A DNA stretch of 64,000 nt from Chlamydiota bacterium. GTDB taxonomy: Bacteria > Chlamydiota > Chlamydiia > Chlamydiales > Rhabdochlamydiaceae. The notes under the pieces are model-generated. The model was given only the letters and a program-made list of their open reading frames with translations, ran no database searches and was not told the origin of the DNA. The position numbers and the translations under genes are program-made. Shown here in pieces: positions 1 through 8,749 of the stretch. Positions within the stretch are counted from its first letter, which is position 1. Every line of letters begins with the position of its first letter. Where the stretch lies: assembly GCA_013288075.1 (NCBI GenBank), contig JABDCQ010000002.1:32447-96446 (forward strand), read 5' to 3'.

Positions 1-981
1 ATTTCTTTAGCAGCGCACAATACATGCGTTCTTCGTGCAGCAATTGATGTAGGGGCCGCTGGTCCCAAGTTGCGCATTGCAGAAGTTGATCGGACCACAA
101 ATAAAATCACCAAAATCTTATATACAAAGCAATGGTCTGTTTTTTTTCAGGACCATCTTTCAAAGAACTCTGATAAAAAACTTAGTCCCGAGATTATGTT
201 TGAGGGACTTAGGGCTATTAAAGAGGCCTTAGCTTTAGCAAAGTCTTTTGAAATACAAGGGGTTGTAATTGTTGGGGCTTCTCCATTCCGCAAGGCTCTT
301 AATGCTGATGAATTTGCTAAAAACATCTATTTAGAAAGTGGTTTGCCCATTCACATTTTAGATCAGGAATTAGAAGCTAAACTCGCTTTTCAGGCTGCTT
401 TAGCTAAGAGCAGCAGTCATTTGGAAAACCTTGTTGCATGGGATATAGGGGGCGGTAGTACGCAGTTTATTACACTTGGCTTAGAAGGGGAGTACCTTTT
501 TGAGGGAAGCTCTGAAGGATCTGGACCATTTAGAGATCTTATTGTGGAATCTATTCAGAAGCGGAGCCTTAAAGAATATAAGAGTCCGAATCCTCTATCC
601 GATGAAGAGGTATGTCTAGCAAAGGTTCATGCAGAGCTTCTTGCATCAAATGTCACCCAAGTTTTTAAAGACAAGTTGTGCCATTCCGAAACGAGAGTTG
701 TGGGTGTGGGCAGTGTCTTTGGCCGAGGCATTGCTTCTTTAGTGAGAGGTAAAAATCCGTTTACCACTGAGGATCTTGAGGGAGTTATTCACGATCTTAT
801 AGGAAAAACAGATTGTGATTTAGGCGGTGGGGATTTTGCCTGTGTTGAGGTTTCTAATGCCATCCTCGTCTATGGATTTATGAAAGAGCTTGGCATTCAA
901 AAGATGCATATCATGGATGTGAACAATGCCGATGGGGCAATAGTCTACAACCCTTTCTGGACAGATAAACAAAGAGAATAA
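1..981 (+). CDS. Ppx/GppA-family phosphatase (ASKHA fold); the 5' end may lie left of the window
   Basis: Frame 1 is open from base 1: ISLAAHNTCVLRAAIDVGAAGPKLRIAEV precedes the TTG at 70. AAIDVG..LRI resembles the phosphate-1 motif and WDIGGGSTQF the phosphate-2 motif of Ppx/GppA proteins. Stop TAA is at 979-981. Confidence 0.6.
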   Translation: MSLAAHNTCVLRAAIDVGAAGPKLRIAEVDRTTNKITKILYTKQWSVFFQDHLSKNSDKKLSPEIMFEGLRAIKEALALAKSFEIQGVVIVGASPFRKALNADEFAKNIYLESGLPIHILDQELEAKLAFQAALAKSSSHLENLVAWDIGGGSTQFITLGLEGEYLFEGSSEGSGPFRDLIVESIQKRSLKEYKSPNPLSDEEVCLAKVHAELLASNVTQVFKDKLCHSETRVVGVGSVFGRGIASLVRGKNPFTTEDLEGVIHDLIGKTDCDLGGGDFACVEVSNAILVYGFMKELGIQKMHIMDVNNADGAIVYNPFWTDKQRE

Positions 982-1125
982 TTTCTCTCCCTCTTCCTCT
1001 GTGGTTTCAAGTCTTCTGTGGTTTATATCTTGGCTAAGCCTGAAGCTTCCAACAGTCTTGCATTTTTTTAAACCACAGAGGGAAGAAACCACAGAGGAAG
1101 AGGGAGCGAGAAGAGAGAGATTATC
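978..1125. repeat. Family-A palindromic intergenic element, copy 1
   Basis: Left arm CTCCCTCTTCCTCTGTGGTTTC..CTGTGGTTTA pairs with right arm TAAACCACAGAGGGAAGAAACCACAGAGGAAGAGGGAG. The loop contains ATCTTGGCTAAG...CTTGCATTTTTTT. It lies between convergent genes and is followed by a T-run. Confidence 0.85.
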
Positions 1126-1167
1126 CTCTTTGTTTTTTTTCTTCTTAGAGTTACGCGTAGGCCTTGG

Positions 1168-2190
1168 CTACAACCTTTGTGGTTTTATTTCGGTGATCTC
1201 ACTTTGGAAAAGTGTTTTTCTTCTTTTTCCTTCAAAGCTCAATGTGTCGCAAATAGCCATAATTTCTTTTTTTGCTTGGGCTTCCTCTTCATCTAATTCT
1301 TTTGCCGGCTGAGCTTTTTCTTTTATATAGAGGTTGGAAAGATTGATCTGGATGGGTGTAAAGGAATTGAAATGAGGAGCGTTATACATAAAATTGTCTC
1401 CGCTCGCTAGTATAGTATAGGTTGTATTGAAAATTTTTGTTATTCTTTCAATACCTTGTTCTTCAAGAAGGCGTTTTTTGAATAAAACGAGTAAATTCTT
1501 GAAGCTAAGGTCAACTTTGTATCCGGAGTTAGATGGACCTGGACTGACTACAAGACATTTTCCAAGTGTTACTTTATCAGAAGAGAGGAGGGGGGCAGAA
1601 GCTGCTTCAGATTTATTTAAAAAATTTGATCTTTTTTCCCATTGATATAGCACGTTAGAGGAGTGCATTTTTTGTTCGTAACCCACTTCTGAAAAATCAA
1701 TAACGAAAGAAGAAGATTCTAAAATTGTATAGATTATTTTGATATTCTCTACATAGCATTTTTCTTCTTTGGGTATTTGTCTGCGGCCATCTTCTATGCA
1801 AGTCAGTTCATGTTTGAGGTTGATTTCTTGAGTCTCGGCACCTTCATTGTGCGGTAGCTTTACTTTGTAAGTTTTGGAGAAAATGGCTCTAAGCTGATCT
1901 GCTACGCGGTTAATGTCTTCACGGGCAATATAATCGGAGGTTTTGCTTGGAGCAGAATGAAAAACTTCGGATGTATCGTTAGATGATGTGCCATTTGGAG
2001 AATTGACATTGCCTGCATCTATTATTGACTTAAATAAAATCCACAGGTTTTTGTAGTTGAATTCAAGGTTAAAATTATCAGTGGAATTATACCATGTTCG
2101 TGTAAGGCGCAAGGTAACAGCTTCTGTCATGGGAATGTTTGCTGCTAAGTGTGTGGGGGTTATTGCGGCTGTTGCTGATGGAACTGACAT
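1168..2190 (-). CDS. Hypothetical protein with an apparent internal duplication
   Basis: 340-aa ORF with no motif I recognise. Two similar segments are present: NFNLEFNYKNLWILFKSIIDAG and GYKVDLSFKNLLVLFKKRLLEEQG. Confidence 0.5.
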   Translation of the reverse strand: MSVPSATAAITPTHLAANIPMTEAVTLRLTRTWYNSTDNFNLEFNYKNLWILFKSIIDAGNVNSPNGTSSNDTSEVFHSAPSKTSDYIAREDINRVADQLRAIFSKTYKVKLPHNEGAETQEINLKHELTCIEDGRRQIPKEEKCYVENIKIIYTILESSSFVIDFSEVGYEQKMHSSNVLYQWEKRSNFLNKSEAASAPLLSSDKVTLGKCLVVSPGPSNSGYKVDLSFKNLLVLFKKRLLEEQGIERITKIFNTTYTILASGDNFMYNAPHFNSFTPIQINLSNLYIKEKAQPAKELDEEEAQAKKEIMAICDTLSFEGKRRKTLFQSEITEIKPQRL

Positions 2191-2360
2191 GAATTACCTC
2201 ATTTACATGATTTAAATGGATGCAGATTGTGTATTTATTATCCGATAAATTTTGTAAAAAAGCATAGGTTCTTTATATATTCTTTGCAAGTAAGGAATAG
2301 AGGGTTAAGAGGATTGCTGTGAACGCTCAGGACAATCTTTTACTTAAGTAGCTTGGCTCT

Positions 2361-3629
2361 TCAGGTTTTTGTACAGCATGCGAGATAGTCTTCTATAGAG
2401 GCTTTGAAGGCTTGCTCCAGTTCTTCGATGCTTTTTCCTTGGAACGTGATAGTGTCATTCAAGCCAATGACTTCTCCATGGAAAATTTTGGCTTCATCGT
2501 CATATGCGATTTGACTAAGGTAGTCCTTGTATTCCATCCGATTGATTTTCTTGCCAAGGATCTTAGTTTTTTCTGCATAAAGAGTTGCCTCTGCCTCAAT
2601 TTCTTCGATGGTTGGTAAAGAGGATTTGAGGTCGGCTGGAAGCGACTCCGCAAGTGCTGTTTCGTAGCTGGCAACTCCAATGGGAGAAAGGATTCCTTCT
2701 AAGGCATATTTCACAGTTACTGCGTTTTTACTTTTACAAAGGATTAATCCTATAGTGGGATTGTCCTCGGGTCTTTTCATTTTATCATCCATTACAGCAA
2801 GATAAAAATTCATCTGCCCGGTGAATTCTGGTTTGAAGGGAACGGCCTTTAACTCAATGACAAAATAGCAGCGAAGCTTAATGTGGTAGAAAAGAAGATC
2901 GAGGTAAAAATCTTGATCCCCGACCCGTAGAGGAACTTGCCTGCCAACAAAAGCAAAGCCATGACCGAGTTCCAAGAGAAATTTTTGGATGTGTATCATA
3001 AGACCATCCTCGATTTCTTTTTCATGAGCTTCTTTAATGATAGTCATGAAGTCAAAATTGTAAGGGTCTCGAAGCGTTTGTTCTGCAAGATCTGATTGGG
3101 GGGAAGGAAGTGTTTTTTGAAAGTTATTGGGAGCTTGTCCTTTTCTTTGATACAGTCCCGATTCAATCCAGAGCTCAAGCATGGATCGGCTCCAACCGCA
3201 TTCAATGGCTTTGTGTGCATACCATTCTCTTTCGGTTAAATTTTTTACTTTTTCAATGAGGATGACGTTATGCCACCAAGGGATGTTAAGGCAGAAGTCC
3301 GGAGGGGTGTCTAATTGTCCAGCAGCTTGCTGGACAATTTTATATGTTTTGTAAAACGTTCTCATATAGAATACGTTAGATCTAGAGAATCCTTTGAGAC
3401 CGGGGAATCCTGATTGGATGTCTTTGCAGAATCTTTCAATGACCTGACTTCCCCACTTTTCAGCTTCTTGACGATTTACAATTTCTTTGCCAAGCCACCA
3501 ATGAAGTTTGATTAGCTCTTGATTCACAGCTATAGCTGCTTTAATTTGTGACTGTTGAATACGCGTTTTGACGTCTTCTAAAAAAGAGGGATAGCTTTTG
3601 GGAAGAGCAGCGATAGCTTTAGGATTCAT
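2361..3629 (-). CDS. DUF1016/YhcG-type PD-(D/E)xK nuclease-like protein fused in frame to a truncated HicB-like antitoxin N-terminal domain
   Basis: The N-terminal ~350 aa have the DUF1016 pattern (LHWWLGKEI, GFSRSNVFYMRTFY, PWWHNVILIEKV, GFAFVGRQ...DLLFYH...VIELK). The last ~60 aa, MEYKDYLSQIAYDDEAKIFHGEVIGLNDTITFQGKSIEELEQAFKASIEDYLACC, match the HicB N-terminal domain pattern. Confidence 0.7.
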   Translation of the reverse strand: MNPKAIAALPKSYPSFLEDVKTRIQQSQIKAAIAVNQELIKLHWWLGKEIVNRQEAEKWGSQVIERFCKDIQSGFPGLKGFSRSNVFYMRTFYKTYKIVQQAAGQLDTPPDFCLNIPWWHNVILIEKVKNLTEREWYAHKAIECGWSRSMLELWIESGLYQRKGQAPNNFQKTLPSPQSDLAEQTLRDPYNFDFMTIIKEAHEKEIEDGLMIHIQKFLLELGHGFAFVGRQVPLRVGDQDFYLDLLFYHIKLRCYFVIELKAVPFKPEFTGQMNFYLAVMDDKMKRPEDNPTIGLILCKSKNAVTVKYALEGILSPIGVASYETALAESLPADLKSSLPTIEEIEAEATLYAEKTKILGKKINRMEYKDYLSQIAYDDEAKIFHGEVIGLNDTITFQGKSIEELEQAFKASIEDYLACCTKT

Positions 3630-3816
3630 AAAGAATCTCCTTACTGGATGATGCGGGCTTTGATTGCTTGTAGGTCGTTTTATAAAAATCTTAGCAAATA
3701 ACTTAAACTTTAACTTGATATTTCATCAAGATTATTATTGAAAAACTTTCAATAAAAACCTTTCTTCTAAAGGTTTTTTCTGTATAATGGTTTCTTTGAT
3801 AACGGGGGGATTTCTT

Positions 3817-5070
3817 ATGCGAAGAGCTTTAAAAAGTCTGGTTGTTTTATTTGTTTTTGTCATTCCAGCTTTTGTTAGCGCGGCTTTGCATGTGGGGGTG
3901 GGCAAAAAAGATCTTACGCCTCTATTAGGCACTCCTTCTGCTTGGTATTCTGAGCGTAAGGGAGAGGGAATGGAAGGCGTGCACGATCCTCTTTTAGCGC
4001 TTACTCTTTTCATTGATAATGAAGAGAAGAAACTCGCTTTATGCAGCGTTGATCACTTGGGCTTCACCTATGAAATGGTCCAAGAAATTATTGAAAGAGT
4101 GCATAAAGAACCGGGGCTAGAAGAATGCGAGGTTTATATTGCTTCTTCTCATACACATTCGGGTGGAGGCGCTTACTTAAATATTCCTGTTCTAGGACCT
4201 ATTCTTGCAGGTCCATATAATGCGGAAACTACGCAATTTTATGTAAAGCAGACAGCTGATGCAATTATTGAGGCAAGTAGGCATGTAGTTCCTGGAAAAA
4301 TAGGCATTGGTTATGGAAAGGCAGAGGATTTAAGCAAATATCGAGGGCTTTGGCCAAGAGATGTTTTGCCTCTTTCCGATGTTGCCGTGATTAAAGTCAT
4401 AACGCTTGATGATGCTCCTTTAGCAGCTCTTTTTAATTATGCTGTTCATCCTACAGTGTTAAATGCTCAAAACAGGGAATTTTCTGCAGACTTCGTAGGG
4501 TATGCAAGAGATCATTTGCAAACGCTTCTAGGCTCTTCTATGCAGCCCATCTATTTTAATGGCGCGCAAGGAGATATTATCCCGAAGATCTTTAATGAAG
4601 AAGACCGTTTTGAGTCGTGTGAACATTTAGGACAATCTTTAGCGGAAACAGTTGAGCAGATTTGGAATGAAATAGAAGTGAATGATTGCTTAACGATTAG
4701 CACGCAAAAAGAATCCTATGCCTTTAAACCAGAGGCAACGCCTTTTGGACTTACTTTTCCCATAGAGAGTTATAAAACAGAAATGAATATCATCGTTCTT
4801 AATGGGGTACATGCCTTTATTACGGTGCCAGGAGAGCTCAGCACTCTTTATGATAAGCATTTAAAAGAAACAGGAAGGGAGATGGGCTACAAAGCTGTCT
4901 CTATCTTTGGTCTCACAAATGATGCCCATGGGTATATTATTTTACCTGAATCTTGGAAACATAAGACCTTTGAATCAGGCCTTTCTTTTGGCGGAGAAAA
5001 TTACGGAGACGTAACTAAAAACCGTGCAGAAGCCCTTCTAAAAAACCAAAGGAAAAACAAAGAGGGATAA
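3817..5070 (+). CDS. Neutral/alkaline ceramidase-like secreted hydrolase
   Basis: A GGGGGA Shine-Dalgarno precedes the ATG at 3817. Signal peptide MRRALKSLVVLFVFVIPAFVSA. VGVGKKDLTP...GVHDPLLALTL...SSHTHSGGG matches the N-terminal ceramidase domain pattern. Confidence 0.6.
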   Translation: MRRALKSLVVLFVFVIPAFVSAALHVGVGKKDLTPLLGTPSAWYSERKGEGMEGVHDPLLALTLFIDNEEKKLALCSVDHLGFTYEMVQEIIERVHKEPGLEECEVYIASSHTHSGGGAYLNIPVLGPILAGPYNAETTQFYVKQTADAIIEASRHVVPGKIGIGYGKAEDLSKYRGLWPRDVLPLSDVAVIKVITLDDAPLAALFNYAVHPTVLNAQNREFSADFVGYARDHLQTLLGSSMQPIYFNGAQGDIIPKIFNEEDRFESCEHLGQSLAETVEQIWNEIEVNDCLTISTQKESYAFKPEATPFGLTFPIESYKTEMNIIVLNGVHAFITVPGELSTLYDKHLKETGREMGYKAVSIFGLTNDAHGYIILPESWKHKTFESGLSFGGENYGDVTKNRAEALLKNQRKNKEG

Positions 5071-5233
5071 TTTCTCTCTCTTTCTCTCTTTCTCTTTCTT
5101 CCTCTGTGGTTTCTTCCCTCTGTGGTTAAAAAAAATGCAAGCCCTTGGAATCTCTCGTCTTAGCCAAGATATAAACCACAGAGACAAGAAACCACAGAGG
5201 AAGAAAAGAGAGAGAGAGAGAGAAATTATTCCT
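5065..5233. repeat. Family-A palindromic intergenic element, copy 2 (loop inverted relative to copies 1 and 3)
   Basis: Arms CTTCCTCTGTGGTTTCTTCCCTCTGTGGTT and AACCACAGAGACAAGAAACCACAGAGGAAG. The loop is the reverse complement of the copy 1 loop. The element terminus contains the TAA stop (5068-5070) of the ceramidase-like gene. Confidence 0.85.
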
Positions 5234-5400
5234 CTTTGTTTCCAGGCTTGTCTCCAATGCACTGGTGCTCAATGATTTACATGCCACTTCATGCTTAACT
5301 TGTAAGTAAATTATTTAAAAATGATATAATATTATTCTTTATTATGTATTAATATATTTGTTTTATAATAGTTAAAAATTAAAACAAAAAGGAGGTAATT

Positions 5401-6033
5401 ATGTCGTCAATGAATGGTGTTGATTATGGAAGTCTTGGGTATGCAAGAAATGGTTGGCAAGATGTAGCGGTTGAAGGGAAAAATGGGGAAATGAAGACGC
5501 TTGGTTATCAGACCTTCCTTGATAAGCATAATAGGGACCAAAAAGTGCGTATGCTTCTGATTGTAGGGATCGTTGTACTGATAGGTGGGCTTGTTCTTGC
5601 TGCTGTAATTTGTGGAACAAAAGCGCATAATTTGCAGCCTCAGATTGATTCATTACACAATCAAATCCCATGGGATATGCCTCGTGGTAATTGGTCTAAT
5701 GAGATCTGGAAGATATTTAATGAGCGAGCAGGTTTAAGAAGTGCAGTATTTGGTTACGGCATGGCAATTGTGGGAACAGGTATTGCAACGGGTCTTTTAG
5801 CTATTCCTGTTATTATGCTATCAGTGAAAATATATAAAGCGAAGAAGGGTAACCTTGAGAAAGACACGCGTCAGATTACAGATATTATTAGTACATGGGG
5901 AGCTTCGCGGCTTTCGTTACAAACACTCATTGCTAAAAACACGCGGGATGAATTTTTTGACAAGTGCGAAAATATCTCTACTCTTAGGATTACAGAAGAA
6001 GAGAAAGCCTTTTTAGAAGCAAACAAACCCTAA
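5401..6033 (+). CDS. Hypothetical membrane protein (two hydrophobic segments)
   Basis: Strong RBS AAAGGAGG 5 nt upstream of the ATG. TM-like segments MLLIVGIVVLIGGLVLAAVICG and AVFGYGMAIVGTGIATGLLAIPVIMLSV. Confidence 0.55.
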   Translation: MSSMNGVDYGSLGYARNGWQDVAVEGKNGEMKTLGYQTFLDKHNRDQKVRMLLIVGIVVLIGGLVLAAVICGTKAHNLQPQIDSLHNQIPWDMPRGNWSNEIWKIFNERAGLRSAVFGYGMAIVGTGIATGLLAIPVIMLSVKIYKAKKGNLEKDTRQITDIISTWGASRLSLQTLIAKNTRDEFFDKCENISTLRITEEEKAFLEANKP

Positions 6034-6034
6034 A

Positions 6035-6089
6035 CCGAACAGCTTGCATAAATCCTCTTCAAGAGGATTTATGCAACAAGGCTGTTCGG
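6035..6089 (+). terminator. Strong stem-loop immediately 3' of the 5401-6033 gene (candidate terminator; no clear T-tract)
   Basis: CCGAACAGC-TTGCATAAATCCTCTT-C-AAGAGGATTTATGCAA-(CAAG)-GCTGTTCGG, starting 2 nt after the stop codon. Confidence 0.4.
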
Positions 6090-6103
6090 AGTCGTAGCTA
6101 TAC

Positions 6104-6269
6104 CCAAGATGACTCAAAAATCGGCAAAGTTGCCAAGGCTTTTATCCAGCTTTTTAATCTGCCGAAGTCACCCCTATAAGAATAGGGGCAACTTCAGCAC
6201 CGGCTAAAGCCTGATTAAAATTCTGGATAAAATCCATGCCAACTTTGCCGATTTTTGAATCATCTTCGG
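6104..6269. repeat. ~165-bp long imperfect palindrome (hairpin element)
   Basis: Left arm CCAAGATGACTCAAAAATCGGCAAAGTTGCCAAGGCTTTTATCCAG... matches the reverse complement of right arm ...CTGGATAAAATCCATGCCAACTTTGCCGATTTTTGAATCATCTTCGG. The centre is at CCCCTATAAGAATAGGGG. Confidence 0.7.
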
Positions 6270-6346
6270 TATAATTCGTATATTTGGGCCTGGTTTTTTA
6301 ACAACGAATCTATTATATTGCATCCAGTGTTATTTTGGAATGGTGC

Positions 6347-7744
6347 ATGAATAATAAAATCTCTCTTTTTCCCCTTATTCTCCTTATTGTAGCTGCAATT
6401 GACAGCATTCGCACTCTTCCTGTAACGGCATTTTTCGGTAGCTCTCTTGTATTCCTCTATCTCTTGGCCTCTACCATCTTTCTGATTCCCATTGCATTTG
6501 TTTCTGCAGAATTTTCATCGCGCTACCCTAATGAGGGAGGAGTGTTTCACTGGGTGCGTCACGCTTTTGGTGAACGCGCGGGGGTGCTTTCCGTGTGGCT
6601 TCAATGGATTAATACTATGGTTTGGTACCCAACAATGCTTGTTTTTATTGCAGGCACAGCGACTTATCTCATTCATCCTTCTCTTGCATACAATAAACCT
6701 TTTCTATTGTTAGCGTCTTTAATCACCTTTTGGGGACTTACTTTTTTAAATATGAAGGGAATTAAGGTTTCTATTCGAATGAATTCTATTTGCGGAGCAG
6801 TTGGCACTCTATTGCCTATGTCTTTCTTAATTATATTGGGGATGTGCTGGTTTTTTTCATCTAATTCGCCTGCCATTGCCTTTTCTTGGAGAGATATTCT
6901 CCCTTCCTTTAATCTCATAGATAATAGTAGCGCTTTAGTTACTATTATGGCGTCTTTTTTGGGTATGGAGCTGGCGGGAGTGCATGTAGGTGATATTGAG
7001 AATCCACAGAAAAACTTTCCTAAGGCGATTGGCTATTCTGTATTAATTCTTTTGGGGACCTTGATCTTGGGTGCCCTAGCTGTTGCGGTTGTAATTCCTA
7101 AGCAGGACATTCACTTTGTTGATGGGGTCATGCAAACCTTTACAACATTTTTGACGGCCTTTGATATGCCTTATTTAATTCCTGTGCTTGCTCTATTGAT
7201 TGTTATTGGCGCCACCGGAGGATCAGTAAATTGGCTTGTTTCTCCTGCAAAAGGTCTTTTGCAGCTCGCAGAATTTAAATTTCTTCCTCCTTTCTTTTCT
7301 GTTAAAAATAAGCATGGAGTGCCCTTTAGGATTTTGATTTTACAAGCCTTATTAGTATCAACTTTCTGTTGCTTCTTGCAGCTAATACCAAATGTTAATG
7401 CTTTCTACTGGTTTCTAATGTCTCTTAGTACTGGACTCTATATGCTCATGTACATTTTTCTATTTCTTGCAGCCTTGAAACTAAAGAGACCAGAAAAAAG
7501 CTATCAAATTCCCAAGGGAATACGCACGATTTCCTGCTTTGCTGGTCTTTTTGCATGCGCAATAACGATAATTATTGGGCTCCAACCCCCATCTGATATG
7601 GTTATTGCAAGCAAAATAAATTATGCGCTAATGGTTATTGGAGGCTTTAGTATTTTGCTCTTGCCCGCGATGCTTCTTTGTTTCTACCAAAAAAAGCGCA
7701 AATCTTTAGAAGCAATTACGTCTTTATCTGATCCACAGCCATAA
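6347..7744 (+). CDS. APC-superfamily amino-acid transporter, GadC-like (glutamate:GABA antiporter family pattern)
   Basis: About 12 hydrophobic segments. EGGVFHWVRHAFGERAG, GVMQTFTTF and KNKHGVP resemble my recollection of GadC-type antiporters. Confidence 0.75.
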   Translation: MNNKISLFPLILLIVAAIDSIRTLPVTAFFGSSLVFLYLLASTIFLIPIAFVSAEFSSRYPNEGGVFHWVRHAFGERAGVLSVWLQWINTMVWYPTMLVFIAGTATYLIHPSLAYNKPFLLLASLITFWGLTFLNMKGIKVSIRMNSICGAVGTLLPMSFLIILGMCWFFSSNSPAIAFSWRDILPSFNLIDNSSALVTIMASFLGMELAGVHVGDIENPQKNFPKAIGYSVLILLGTLILGALAVAVVIPKQDIHFVDGVMQTFTTFLTAFDMPYLIPVLALLIVIGATGGSVNWLVSPAKGLLQLAEFKFLPPFFSVKNKHGVPFRILILQALLVSTFCCFLQLIPNVNAFYWFLMSLSTGLYMLMYIFLFLAALKLKRPEKSYQIPKGIRTISCFAGLFACAITIIIGLQPPSDMVIASKINYALMVIGGFSILLLPAMLLCFYQKKRKSLEAITSLSDPQP

Positions 7745-7789
7745 AAGACCTCTTCTAAACCTAAAACAAGAGGTCTTCGTAGTGTGTTT

Positions 7790-7939
7790 TTATCTTTTAC
7801 ATTTACATAACTGTACAGGGTAATTGCAGTTTGGACATGTATTTGGACCTCTTTCAGGTTTATCTGAAGGCAGCGAAGCCTCATAAGCAGAAATAGATAA
7901 AAAACAAAGAGCGCTAATTGTTAAAAATGCTTTTTTCAT
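7790..7939 (-). CDS. Candidate small secreted Cys-rich peptide (49 aa), absent from the ORF track
   Basis: My own translation gives MKKAFLTISALCFLSISAYEASLPSDKPERGPNTCPNCNYPVQLCKCKR. AAGAGGTG lies 6 nt upstream of the ATG. The N-terminus is signal-peptide-like and the mature part carries 4 Cys. Confidence 0.35.
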   Translation of the reverse strand: MKKAFLTISALCFLSISAYEASLPSDKPERGPNTCPNCNYPVQLCKCKR

Positions 7940-8119
7940 AGAATTCACCTCTTGGTAATTAGATGGTTTGACTCAAAAGTAAGCTGAACTTATCAGTCAT
8001 CCCTTTGTTCAAATTGCAGGGCAGCCTATTCCATTTTTAAAATTGATGCAAGCTCATTTTCTTCTAATGGATTTTCAAGATTTTAATTACGCAAGATCTC
8101 TTGTTTCAGGACTTCATTC

Positions 8120-8749
8120 TTAATGAAGGCAAAGAGAAGGTGAGGGTTTAGTTAAAATGATATGAGCCCGTTTAGCTTCATATTCGGAGAGCATGTTATG
8201 GACATGTACAAAATGATGAGGGAATCTTTTTGATATTCCCTCATCTACATCATCTAAAATCACAAAACTCTTAATATTATAATTATGCGCGTTTTCTCTT
8301 AGCCAAAAGTCAATTAGTTGCCCTCTTTGTTCTAGAGGAAATCCGTACTTTTGCAGAGATATGGGGGAAAGTTCAACCTCCTTGTGTCTTCTTCGCCAAA
8401 AATCGTGATCTGGAATTTTGTCAATAATCAATTTACCGAATGAGGTTACAGCAAACATGAGGTTTTTTAACTCTAAGGCTGTTCCATCTAATCTCCATTC
8501 GGATATGATAACAATGACAATACGGTATACCTCATTGGTTTTTTCAATAAGATTTTCTAGATTGCTGACGGCATCTTTTGACAAGAAATAGCTTGCTGCA
8601 ATTCTCCATTCAAGCTCGGTAAACCCTCCATTAAGCCCTTCTTTTTTTTCGAACAGCTCATGTACTTTCTCTATAATTTTTCCAGAAAGATAGGGGGAAG
8701 CGCGATCTCCTATTAAAACCCCATCCATATCTAAAAAAATAACCGCCAC
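8120..8749 (-). CDS. HAD-superfamily-like hydrolase
   Basis: The N-terminal IFLDMDGVL is the HAD motif I (DxDGV). The start is non-ATG (GTG) as given in the track. Confidence 0.5.
   Translation of the reverse strand: MAVIFLDMDGVLIGDRASPYLSGKIIEKVHELFEKKEGLNGGFTELEWRIAASYFLSKDAVSNLENLIEKTNEVYRIVIVIISEWRLDGTALELKNLMFAVTSFGKLIIDKIPDHDFWRRRHKEVELSPISLQKYGFPLEQRGQLIDFWLRENAHNYNIKSFVILDDVDEGISKRFPHHFVHVHNMLSEYEAKRAHIILTKPSPSLCLH

Noticed and set aside
820-1312. Track ORFs 820-1092 (-) and 1001-1312 (+), which give mirrored peptides containing ...TTEEEG...
   Set aside because: Both run through the family-A palindrome, and the mirrored translations are a consequence of the inverted repeat. Neither has an RBS or any family similarity. 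820-1092 also overlaps the Ppx-like gene in antisense.
5038-5262. Track ORF 5038-5262 (-) and the analogous ORF 41848-42258 (-)
   Set aside because: Both lie almost entirely within the palindromic elements (family A copy 2 and family B copy 2). The peptides are low-complexity artefacts of the CT/GA-rich arms.
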